NCBI GenBank assembly: GCA_963708075.1
Contig: OY970194.1
Location: forward strand, 1,216,001-1,280,000
DNA: 64,000 nucleotides
Source of the DNA: Sedimentisphaerales bacterium
GTDB lineage: Bacteria > Planctomycetota > Phycisphaerae > Sedimentisphaerales > Anaerobacaceae
Reading direction: 5' to 3'
Within the stretch, counting starts at the first letter, position 1. Each line of letters starts with the position of its first letter. The notes under the pieces were generated by a model. That model was given only the letters and a program-made list of their open reading frames with translations. It ran no database searches and was not told where the DNA came from. This document shows, piece after piece, positions 51,195 through 59,849 of the stretch. Position numbers and translations under genes: made by a program.

Positions 51195-51677
51195 ATGGAT
51201 TCTCGCAATGAAAAACAGCTTAGTGCGTCCCTTGAGGACTACCTGGAGGCGATCCTCAACCTGGCGGGTGATTCGCAAGGGGCGAGGAGCAAGGATATCG
51301 CCGAGGCCCTGGGGGTTGCGAGGCCGTCTGTGACCGGTGCGTTGAAGGTGCTGAGAGAGCGGGGGCTGGCCAACTACCAGCCCTACGGCTGCATCACGCT
51401 GACAGCCAGCGGGCGGACGGTAGCCGAAGAGGTCGCTCGAAAGCACAGTGTCCTCACGTCCTTCTTCGTCAGCGTGCTTGGCGTGGAGGAAGACGTGGCG
51501 CAGAAGGCTGCCTGCAAGGCCGAGCATGCACTGGGGCCGGAGATTATCGGCAGATTACTATCCTTCATTGAATATGTTACGGCAAGCAATCAGAGCGGCT
51601 CCAATGTGGCCGGCGAGTTCCGGCAGCTCTGCAAGAAGCGGCCGGTCAGATCGAAGGGAAAAGGCCTGCAGCAATGA
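51195..51677 (+). CDS. DtxR/MntR family metal-dependent repressor
   Basis: EDYLEAI, DIAEALGVARPSVT, ACKAEH. Confidence 0.92.
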   Translation: MDSRNEKQLSASLEDYLEAILNLAGDSQGARSKDIAEALGVARPSVTGALKVLRERGLANYQPYGCITLTASGRTVAEEVARKHSVLTSFFVSVLGVEEDVAQKAACKAEHALGPEIIGRLLSFIEYVTASNQSGSNVAGEFRQLCKKRPVRSKGKGLQQ

Positions 51678-51702
51678 CAGACGATCTCTTTTTTTGTCGA
51701 GT

Positions 51703-51722
51703 AAGTTCGCCTCGCCTAACTT
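51703..51722. promoter_or_regulatory. Second DtxR-type operator upstream of feoB
   Basis: AAGTTCGCCTCGCCTAACTT matches 15/20 of 51139-51158. Confidence 0.6.
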
Positions 51723-51759
51723 TGGGCAGGCTGGTTTACGGCACAATGAGTGATACGCA

Positions 51760-52260
51760 ATGGCAAGACCCAAAGTAGTCCTTGTGGGCAATCCGAATGT
51801 AGGCAAGAGCGTCATGTTCAACAACCTGACGGGCTCGTACGTGACGGTATCGAACTATCCCGGCACGACGGTGGAGGTTTCCCGGGGCACCGGCAGGATC
51901 GGCGACATCGAGTTTGAGGTGATCGATACGCCCGGCATGTATTCGCTCCTGCCGATCACCGAAGAGGAACGGGTCGCCCGGAACATCATCCTGGAAGAAA
52001 GCCCGTCGGTCGTGCTTCACATCGCCGACGCCAAGAATCTGGAACGGATGCTGGGGCTGACCGTGCAGCTTGTGGAAGCCGGCCTGCCCACGATTCTCGT
52101 GCTGAACATGATGGACGAGCTCAAGACACTCGGAAAACGGGTGAATATCGACCTGTTGCGAGCACGACTGAACATACCTGTCGTACCGGCCGTTGCCACC
52201 GCACACGAGGGGATAGACCTGGTAGCACAAAGGATTCGTGATTATGTCTGTAAATCTTGA
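51760..52260 (+). CDS. feoB: FeoB GTPase domain (stand-alone)
   Basis: GNPNVGKS, NYPGTTV, DTPG, NMMD. Confidence 0.88.
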   Translation: MARPKVVLVGNPNVGKSVMFNNLTGSYVTVSNYPGTTVEVSRGTGRIGDIEFEVIDTPGMYSLLPITEEERVARNIILEESPSVVLHIADAKNLERMLGLTVQLVEAGLPTILVLNMMDELKTLGKRVNIDLLRARLNIPVVPAVATAHEGIDLVAQRIRDYVCKS

Positions 52261-53713
52261 TGCCGGGACGCCGCCTCGCAGCAGCCCGGCATTTACGCTC
52301 GATTATGCTGTGGAGCAAATCAGTGGTCTTCTCAAAGGCAACTATGGCCTCTCAAAACGAACGATAGCCCTGCTGCTGCTCCAGGATGATGCGCAGATAC
52401 ACCAGATCGTCAAAGCGCGAGATGCTCACGCGTATGACCAGATCGTGCAGACCATCGCTGCGACCCGACAAGGGTTCTGCGACCCGCTGGATTACATCAT
52501 TACGATGCGCCGCCAGCAGCGGGTCAACGAGCTTTTACAGGGGGTGATTGAGCCTGCCGGCACCGCTCGACGCAGTTTCGCTGAATCCCTGAGCCGACTT
52601 ACGATGCATCCGGTTACAGGGACCCTGATCCTCCTGCTGGTGCTCTATCTCGGATTGTACAAATTCGTCGGGCAGTTCGGAGCGGGCACTCTGGTTGACT
52701 TTCTGGAGAGCACCATTTTCGAGCAGCACATCAACCCATTCGTGACGAGAGTCGTCGAAGGGCTGATTCGCCGGCCCGTGCTCAGGGACCTGTTCGTGGG
52801 CGACTACGGCGTGCTGACGCTTGGTCTGCGATACGCCATGGCGATCATACTGCCGATTGTAACGGTCTTCTTCCTGGTGTTCTCCATCATCGAGGACACC
52901 GGCTACCTTCCGAGACTGGCGATGCTGATCGACCGGCTGTTCAAGAAGATCGGCCTGAGCGGCCGGGCGGTCATTCCGATGGTCCTGGGGTTGGGCTGTG
53001 ACACGATGGCGACGATGGTGACCCGGACCCTGCCGACCAAGCGCGAGCGCTTCATTGCCACGCTGTTGCTGGCGTTGGCGGTGCCGTGCTCGGCGCAGCT
53101 CGGCGTCATCATGGCCCTCCTTCACGACAGGCAGCTCGCGCTTGGCATCTGGGCCGGCGTGATCATCGGCGTGTTCCTGCTCGTCGGATATCTTGGCTCG
53201 AAGCTGTTACCGGGGAGCCGGCCGATATTCTACATGGAGATCCCGCCGCTACGGTTTCCAAAGCTGTCCAACGTATTCGTGAAAACGTACACAAGGGTGG
53301 TGTGGTATCTCAAAGAGATTGTCCCGATTTTCATCGTGGCCAGCGCACTGATCTGGATTGGACAGGTGACGCGGCTTTTCGATCTTTGCATCCGGTTGTT
53401 CAAGTATCCGGTCGGGCTGCTCGGACTTCCGCCGGATGCTGCCAATGTGTTCCTGCTGGGTTTCTTCAGAAGAGACTATGGTGCTGCGGGGCTGTACGAC
53501 CTGAATAAGTCGGGCTCGCTCACAGGCGTTCAGGTGGTTGTGGCGTGCGTCGCCCTTACGCTGTTTCTGCCCTGCATCGCCCAATTGCTGATGAACATCA
53601 AGGAAAGAGGTCTTCGAACGGGCCTGCTGATCTCCGGGATCACGCTGGTTTTTTCTTTCGTGGTGGCCTTTGTGGTGAACTTGATTTTGACTGCGACAGG
53701 GGTGGTATTGTGA
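52244..53713 (+). CDS. feoB: FeoB helical plus membrane (Gate) domain protein
   Basis: EDTGYLPR, LGLGC, VPCSAQ, FYMEIPP, LFLPCIA; own AGGA RBS at 52231. Confidence 0.88.
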   Translation: MSVNLDAGTPPRSSPAFTLDYAVEQISGLLKGNYGLSKRTIALLLLQDDAQIHQIVKARDAHAYDQIVQTIAATRQGFCDPLDYIITMRRQQRVNELLQGVIEPAGTARRSFAESLSRLTMHPVTGTLILLLVLYLGLYKFVGQFGAGTLVDFLESTIFEQHINPFVTRVVEGLIRRPVLRDLFVGDYGVLTLGLRYAMAIILPIVTVFFLVFSIIEDTGYLPRLAMLIDRLFKKIGLSGRAVIPMVLGLGCDTMATMVTRTLPTKRERFIATLLLALAVPCSAQLGVIMALLHDRQLALGIWAGVIIGVFLLVGYLGSKLLPGSRPIFYMEIPPLRFPKLSNVFVKTYTRVVWYLKEIVPIFIVASALIWIGQVTRLFDLCIRLFKYPVGLLGLPPDAANVFLLGFFRRDYGAAGLYDLNKSGSLTGVQVVVACVALTLFLPCIAQLLMNIKERGLRTGLLISGITLVFSFVVAFVVNLILTATGVVL

Positions 53714-53892
53714 AGTGCGCATTGTGTGGACACGAGTTCGATGAGCGGCAGGCTCAGAATGCCTGTGCCGGATGCGTCGTGGCAAAGGGATGCAAGCTGA
53801 TCCGCTGTCCCAATTGCGGATACGAGACTGCACCCACCCCCGAGTGGCTCAGGAAGATTGTCGACAGGAGAAAACATGATAACGCTCAGTGA
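53710..53892 (+). CDS. Small Cys-rich protein (7 Cys)
   Basis: GTG overlapping feoB stop; CALC, CAGC, GC, CPNCGYE. Confidence 0.7.
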   Translation: MKCALCGHEFDERQAQNACAGCVVAKGCKLIRCPNCGYETAPTPEWLRKIVDRRKHDNAQ

Positions 53893-54520
53893 GAGGGCTG
53901 AAGAAATCCTGGAAATACTCTGGCTGGAGACGGTGGAGAACCGTAAGACGCCCGATCTTTCGTTGTTCAGAGACGACACTGCCTTCAAGGAACTCCTCGA
54001 TCAGGGCTATGTTACGTCCGGTCCTGGCGGCGGGTTGACCAGCAAAGGGACAGAGGAGGGCAAACAGTGTGTGCGGAGGCATCGGCTCGGCGAGAGGCTG
54101 TTTGCGGATGTCATCCAAGTCAAGCCCGGGCTCGTTCACGAGGCCAGTTGCAGGCTTGAGCACATGCTGCACAAGGGAATTGAAGACAATATCTGCATTC
54201 TCCTTGGGCATCCGAAGACGTGCCCGCACGGCAAGCCAATTCCCGCCGGCACGTGCTGCAAAGACAGGAAGCACAGGTTCCACAGCGTCGTGATGGCGCT
54301 GTCGGAGATGAAGAAGGGCCAGAAGGGCAAGATCGCGTATGTCCACACCAGCGACAGGGAGATGTTGAGAAAGATCATGGCGATGGGCGCTTTGCCGGGC
54401 CTGGCCGTGACGCTGCTGCAACAGTTTCCGTCACCCGTCTTCCAGATTGGAGAGAGTCAGTTCGCCATCGACAGGGAGTTGGCCGACAGGATCCGTGTGT
54501 GGGTGAGAGATACGAACTGA
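53876..54520 (+). CDS. DtxR-family protein with C-terminal FeoA domain
   Basis: RRHRLGERLF, SCRLEH, CPHGKPIP..CC, MGALPG. Confidence 0.85.
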   Translation: MITLSERAEEILEILWLETVENRKTPDLSLFRDDTAFKELLDQGYVTSGPGGGLTSKGTEEGKQCVRRHRLGERLFADVIQVKPGLVHEASCRLEHMLHKGIEDNICILLGHPKTCPHGKPIPAGTCCKDRKHRFHSVVMALSEMKKGQKGKIAYVHTSDREMLRKIMAMGALPGLAVTLLQQFPSPVFQIGESQFAIDRELADRIRVWVRDTN

Positions 54521-54576
54521 TTGAGCGCACCATCATGTTGCTGTGTGCTCCCTTGTTTTTTGAAAGGAGAGTGCAA

Positions 54577-55404
54577 ATGCGCGACAAGGTATTTGAGACA
54601 GCTACGCTGCTTTTGGTCCTGTATGGGAACGTCTCTGCCGGGGCTGAAGAGGTCAGGAAGATACAGGACAACTCCTTTTTGATCGAAGAGGCGTACAACC
54701 AGGAGGATGGGGTCGTGCAGCACATCCAGACTTTTCTGCTTACGGAAGGAGGGAGTTGGGCCTATTCGTTTACACAAGAATGGCCTGTGCCTACGCAGAA
54801 GCACCAGTTCTCCTATACCATTCCCTATCTGCGGGTCGATGACGCGGAGGATCCGACCGGCTTTGGATCTGTCCTTTTCAATTACCGCTATCAGGCTGTG
54901 CTGGAAGGGCCGATTGCATTCTCCCCACGCATCTCACTCATAACGCCCACCGGAGACCATGAGGAATGGCTGGGAGGCGATGCCTGGGGTATGCAGGGCA
55001 ACCTGCCCCTGAGCGTGGAGCTTGCGGACAGATGGGTTACGCACTGGAATCTCGGGGCTACTTTCTTAACGGATGCAAAGGGCCTCGATGGCTCGCGGGC
55101 CGACATAACCGGATTCAACTACGGGGTGGGTTTCATCTACATGGTGAACGACAATTTCAACTTGATGCTTGAACTCGCGGGGAACACAATCGAAACGGTT
55201 GGTGACGGAGGAAGAGTCGAGACGGAAGGCTTCTTCTTCATCAATCCGGGGGTGCGTTTTGCCATCGATTTCGAGTCAGGGCTCCAGATCGTTCCCGGCC
55301 TGAGCTTCCCCATCGGCGTTGGTCCATCAGAAGGAGACTTCGGCGTCTTCTGCTATCTGTCTTTCGAGCATCCTCTGTTCAAGCCGAAGCCATCATCTCG
55401 CTGA
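54577..55404 (+). CDS. Putative outer-membrane beta-barrel transporter
   Basis: Signal peptide, IQDNSFLIEEAYNQE, alternating beta strands, C-terminal YLSFEH. Confidence 0.65.
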   Translation: MRDKVFETATLLLVLYGNVSAGAEEVRKIQDNSFLIEEAYNQEDGVVQHIQTFLLTEGGSWAYSFTQEWPVPTQKHQFSYTIPYLRVDDAEDPTGFGSVLFNYRYQAVLEGPIAFSPRISLITPTGDHEEWLGGDAWGMQGNLPLSVELADRWVTHWNLGATFLTDAKGLDGSRADITGFNYGVGFIYMVNDNFNLMLELAGNTIETVGDGGRVETEGFFFINPGVRFAIDFESGLQIVPGLSFPIGVGPSEGDFGVFCYLSFEHPLFKPKPSSR

Positions 55405-55436
55405 ATTCGGAAAGGGCTCCCTCCTCATTTGGTGTT

Positions 55437-55859
55437 TCAGCCCAAGCCCGAATGTTCGATGCGTCGCAGGGCACGGTAAAGGCGCGGGTGCCGGCGATAC
55501 CATCGTATTCGGGCTGTACCCTCGTACATCGTTGGAGTGAATAGCTTTGCAGAGGTCCGCACAGAACGCGGCAATCGACGGGTGCGTCGGGAGGTGGTTT
55601 CGGCAGGTTTCTCGGGGCTGTTGAAGGTCATGAGCAAGGCGCCGGCCGCCGCCCCGGTGGCGTAGCTCAGCGCCAGGAGCCAGTTGTTAGTACGGATGAA
55701 ATTCGACAGTACCCACAACCCCAAGAGATTTTCGAAAAACACAATAGTTACGAGAACGGTCTTCTCCCCGCGGGCGCACGCCAAGGTACGACGCAAGGCG
55801 AGATACCATTCGCCGCATCCGACTGTCAGGTAAAGGATCATCGCCGGGAGGAGGTTCAT
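55437..55859 (-). CDS. Hypothetical small membrane protein (DUF5698-like)
   Basis: Three TM segments, strong AGGAGG RBS. Confidence 0.55.
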   Translation of the reverse strand: MNLLPAMILYLTVGCGEWYLALRRTLACARGEKTVLVTIVFFENLLGLWVLSNFIRTNNWLLALSYATGAAAGALLMTFNSPEKPAETTSRRTRRLPRSVRTSAKLFTPTMYEGTARIRWYRRHPRLYRALRRIEHSGLG

Positions 55860-56081
55860 AATCTTCCTCCTTCCCGATGGTCCACCGTGCCAGGATGTTC
55901 TGGTTCGTCCTCATACCTAAAGTATACCGTGCCGGCCTTTCCGTTGCAAGCACCGGCGAGCGATCTGCGCAGAATGTCATCTGGTTGTAAAGCATTGGCA
56001 CACCAGGAGTTAAGGTGCACTTGCACGGAAAGGTCCGGCCGCGATTGGGAATTTACTGACTCGCCTTTTCTATGGCCAATT

Positions 56082-57035
56082 TTACCGCAGGTCGGTCTCC
56101 TGTCTGAGCCATGCGACGAAGCTTGCCAGGCCGGTGCGGATGTCCGTTGCCGGGCTGTAGCCGAGGTCTCTTTGGGCCTTTGTTACGTCGGCAAACGTGC
56201 GGTCCACGTCGCCTGGCTGCAGCGGCAGATGAGTCTTCCGGGCCTTCTTGCCGAGCGCGATTTCGAGCTCGGCGATGAGATCGTTGACGCTGATCGGCCG
56301 GGATTCCCCAAGGTTGTAAATTTCGTAGCCGGTGCATCGGTTGATGGAGGCGACAACGCCGTTGATGATGTCATCGATATAGGTGAAGTCCCGCATCATC
56401 ATGCCGTCGCCGTAGACGGGGAGGGGTTTGCCCTCTTCAATGAGTCGGGCAAATTTATGGATTGCCAGGTCCGGCCGCTGGCGCGGGCCATAGACGGTGA
56501 AGAAACGCAGGCAGTTCATGGCAATACCGTGGAGGTGGTGGTACGTGTGGCAGATCAGCTCACCGGCCTTCTTCGTGGCGGCGTACGGCGATATGGGAAA
56601 ATCCACGTTGTCGTCCTCCGAGAACGGAACCTTCCTATTATTGCCATAGACACTCGAACTGGATGCAAAGATGAACTTGGGGATTTTGCGCTCGCGGGCG
56701 ATCTCCAGCAGGACGACGGTTCCGTTGATGTTGACATCCGTGTAGAGCACCGGCTCGGCGATGGAGGGTCTGACGCCGGCCCTGGCCGCCAGGTGCACGA
56801 TTGCATCGACGTCGCTTGCGATTGCTCTGCTCATGGCGACCCTGTCGCGGATGTCGGCCTCCACAAGCTCAAAACGCGGATTCGGCAGGCACGCGGCGAT
56901 GTTGCGGCGTTTGATGCGAGGGTCGTAGAACCCATCGAAGCTGTCTACGCCAACGACAGTCCAGCCGTCGTGCAGGAGACGCTCTGTCAAATGTGAGCCG
57001 ATGAAGCCCGCCGCTCCAGTGACTATCGCCTTCAT
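56082..57035 (-). CDS. NAD-dependent epimerase (UDP-glucuronate 4-epimerase-like)
   Basis: TGAAGFIG, HLAARAGVRPS, SSSSVYG, YAATK, RPDLA. Confidence 0.85.
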   Translation of the reverse strand: MKAIVTGAAGFIGSHLTERLLHDGWTVVGVDSFDGFYDPRIKRRNIAACLPNPRFELVEADIRDRVAMSRAIASDVDAIVHLAARAGVRPSIAEPVLYTDVNINGTVVLLEIARERKIPKFIFASSSSVYGNNRKVPFSEDDNVDFPISPYAATKKAGELICHTYHHLHGIAMNCLRFFTVYGPRQRPDLAIHKFARLIEEGKPLPVYGDGMMMRDFTYIDDIINGVVASINRCTGYEIYNLGESRPISVNDLIAELEIALGKKARKTHLPLQPGDVDRTFADVTKAQRDLGYSPATDIRTGLASFVAWLRQETDLR

Positions 57036-57091
57036 GCCTTTGGATTCTCCTCTACCTCACCGCCAGAACTGTCCATGTTACGCTCGTATCG

Positions 57092-57958
57092 TCACAGGGT
57101 CTGGGCCAACCGCTTGATGTACTGGCGCAGGTCCTCCGCCATGTCGTCTCGCCGCAGCGCGAACTCGATATTCGTCCGGATGAATCCCTCCTTGTTGCCG
57201 ATGTCACATCGCCTGCCTTCCAGGCGCAGCCCATACACCGGCTGTTCCCGCACGAGGGCCCGCAGGGCCTCGGTGAGCTGGATCTCGCCGTCCTTGCTGG
57301 GCGCCGTCTGCTCGATGTGGCGGAAAATATCGGGAGTGAGCAGGTACCGACCGGAAATAGCAAGGTTAGATGGTGCGTTTTCCTGCTTCGGCTTCTCGAC
57401 GAAGTCGTTGATCCTGTAGACGCCGGGCTCAGTCTGGTACCCGTCGATAATCCCATAGAGCCCCACCTTCCTCGGCTCGACCTGCTCGAGCAGAATGACC
57501 GGCGCATGCACCCGCTCGTACAAGTCGACGAGTTGCCTGGACGCGGGCGTAACCGAGTCGATCAGGGTGTCCCCGAGCAGGACGACGAAGGGCTCGTTAT
57601 TGACGTGATGGCGGGCGTAGTAAACGGCGTCGCCCAAGCCCCTCATCTGCTTCTGCCACACGAAGTAGATATCCGCCAGGGTCGAGATGCGCCGCATGGC
57701 CTCCAGCTCCGCCGTCTTGCCGTGGGCCTGGAGCTGGCTCTCAAGCTGAAAACTGCGGTCGAAATGCTCTTCGATGGAGCGTTTGCCCGCGCCGATGATC
57801 ATGAGCAGGTCGGTGATGCCCGCCTGGACGGCCTCCTCCACGACATACTGGATCACAGGCGTGTCCACAATGGGCAACATCTCCTTCGGCTGCGACTTCG
57901 TCGCCGGAAGAAAGCGGGTGCCATACCCTGCGGCAGGAATGACGGCCTTGCGAATCAT
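57092..57958 (-). CDS. galU: UTP-glucose-1-phosphate uridylyltransferase family
   Basis: PAAGYGTRFLPATK..PKEMLP, GLGDAV, VEKP, GEIQLT. Confidence 0.9.
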   Translation of the reverse strand: MIRKAVIPAAGYGTRFLPATKSQPKEMLPIVDTPVIQYVVEEAVQAGITDLLMIIGAGKRSIEEHFDRSFQLESQLQAHGKTAELEAMRRISTLADIYFVWQKQMRGLGDAVYYARHHVNNEPFVVLLGDTLIDSVTPASRQLVDLYERVHAPVILLEQVEPRKVGLYGIIDGYQTEPGVYRINDFVEKPKQENAPSNLAISGRYLLTPDIFRHIEQTAPSKDGEIQLTEALRALVREQPVYGLRLEGRRCDIGNKEGFIRTNIEFALRRDDMAEDLRQYIKRLAQTL

Positions 57959-58974
57959 GAGTGCGCGTTTGCCTTTCCAGGGACAATTCTCGGCTTGATG
58001 ACCTTGATGTTGAGCTTGCGGAGCGTCTTGCGCAATTCCATGAACATACGCTCGTCCGCGTACGCTCCGACGATGGCCCCGCCGGAGCCGGTGAACGTGG
58101 CACTGGCGCCGGTGGAACGAGCGGCCTCGACCATCCGAATATTGTCGGTGGCGATTCGGTAGATCTGTGTTCGCTTGTCGAAGCCGGCATTGAGCAGACT
58201 GCCGATTCTGTCAAGGTGGCCGTCGAGCAAGCAGCGTTTGGCCTTATCGGTCAGGTCGGCCCAGAAACGCATCGCGTTGACGACTTTTCGCTCGCCCTGG
58301 TCGAAGCGGTGGCGAATATTGTTGTGGAACGTCTCTGTGGGCTCGCTCAGGTCGTCGCGATAGGCGATATAGAGCTTGGGCAGCAGCCTGGGATCGAGCG
58401 GCTCGTAGTAGCCGTATCCCTGCTTGTGCATGATCTCCTTGGCGAAATCCATGTACACCAGGCCTTCGTAGACCTGAATGACGCGATCCTGGAGTCCGGC
58501 AGGGATATGCAACTCCTCCGACTCGGCGGCCAGGACCAGGTTGGCCTGCACGTACTTCGGGATGCTGACCCCGTAAAAGGCCATGAGGGCCCGCAGACAC
58601 GCGGCGATGATCGCGCTGGAGCCGGCCAGGCCAACGCCGTGCGGAATGTCCGAGCTGTAGTGGATCGTGAAGTTCTTGTCGTGCAATTCGATCAGGTTTT
58701 CCTTGCAGTAGTCGTAGAACTTCTTGACGGTCGCCTTCAGCAGGCGAATGCCGCCATAGTAGCCGTGCAGCCGCACGTCCGTGACGAGGGCGTCAATGTC
58801 GTTGAAACAGGAGCGGTCCTTCTCGCTCGACAGAATCTCCAGCTCCGGTGTCTCGTACAGGATGACCTCCGCGCAGAAATTGTCGAAGACGAACGAAATG
58901 GTCTTGCCGAAATAGCCGTCCGAGGGGTTGCCCACGAGTCCCGCCCTCGGATAGGCCTTGGTCCGAATAATCAC
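57955..58974 (-). CDS. GHMP kinase, glucuronokinase-like
   Basis: RAGLVGNPSD, GYYGGIRLL, IPHGVGLAGSSA, AGLQDRV, TGSGGA. Confidence 0.8.
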   Translation of the reverse strand: MIIRTKAYPRAGLVGNPSDGYFGKTISFVFDNFCAEVILYETPELEILSSEKDRSCFNDIDALVTDVRLHGYYGGIRLLKATVKKFYDYCKENLIELHDKNFTIHYSSDIPHGVGLAGSSAIIAACLRALMAFYGVSIPKYVQANLVLAAESEELHIPAGLQDRVIQVYEGLVYMDFAKEIMHKQGYGYYEPLDPRLLPKLYIAYRDDLSEPTETFHNNIRHRFDQGERKVVNAMRFWADLTDKAKRCLLDGHLDRIGSLLNAGFDKRTQIYRIATDNIRMVEAARSTGASATFTGSGGAIVGAYADERMFMELRKTLRKLNIKVIKPRIVPGKANAHS

Positions 58975-59010
58975 ACCGTCTCCCCTAAAGCTGTGTGCAA
59001 CGTCCCCTTC

Positions 59011-59583
59011 CTATCCCTTCTTTTCACCGTGATTGGTTTCCGCTGGTTCGATCATGTCCATGCCGATTTCGACGCTTGCCGCCTGGCCCAGCATGTCGAT
59101 CTGCAGCACGAGCCGGGTATCGCCCCGGGTCTGCACGACGATCCCTTCCAAGCCCAGCAACGGTCCCGCGATGACACGGCACCACTGCCCGGTTTCGATG
59201 TACTTATGCGGCACCAGCGGCGCTCCGGCACGCAGGGCCTGCTCGAACCGCACCAGCTCACGGAGAAATGTCTCCTGGTTTTTGACTTCCAGGAGATTCG
59301 CCACGCGGTTGGTCTTCAGTAGTTCCACGCGTGCGGGCTCGTCGCCGCAGAAAAACAGGTAGCCCGTAAACAATGGCAGGAGGGATTTGATCGTTCGGTG
59401 GGTCTGGCGCCGCACCTTCCAGGTCATGGGCAGGAAGTAGCTGATGTTCTTGGCCATCAGGTCGTGAGCCAGGGCCTTTTCGTTCCTGCTGCGGGTGTGA
59501 GCGACCCACCATCGGCCCTGGAAAACCCGAATCGATTCCGTCTCCGGCCAAACAAGGGGCGGATTCTCATGTATCTTGAGCAA
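59011..59583 (-). CDS. NusG paralog antiterminator (UpxY/RfaH/LoaP-like)
   Basis: WWVAHTRSRNEK, PLFTGYLF, KOW GPLLGLEG. Confidence 0.88.
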   Translation of the reverse strand: MLKIHENPPLVWPETESIRVFQGRWWVAHTRSRNEKALAHDLMAKNISYFLPMTWKVRRQTHRTIKSLLPLFTGYLFFCGDEPARVELLKTNRVANLLEVKNQETFLRELVRFEQALRAGAPLVPHKYIETGQWCRVIAGPLLGLEGIVVQTRGDTRLVLQIDMLGQAASVEIGMDMIEPAETNHGEKKG

Positions 59584-59708
59584 CTGCGTTCTCCGAACTT
59601 CTCACAACGCCGGGTTCAGTCGGGCAAAACCAACGCCCCCCATCGATTCCGGCGGTGCATCATCCTTAAACCATTCCGGCTTTCCAGCCGATTTACCGAC
59701 AGGGTGTT

Positions 59709-59737
59709 AGTGTATGTCTATCGACGGGAATTGTCAA
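59709..59737 (-). promoter_or_regulatory. Sigma70 promoter of the NusG-paralog operon
   Basis: Minus strand TTGACA-17bp-TACACT. Confidence 0.7.
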
Positions 59738-59849
59738 AGCAAATAGGGATATCGCTGATGGACAAGGAAGACTCCGCTTGACCCTTGAAGTGAACGTCCT
59801 TACGATGGAAGAGGAATCGGCAACGGAGTAATCCTCCACAGGAGAGAAC

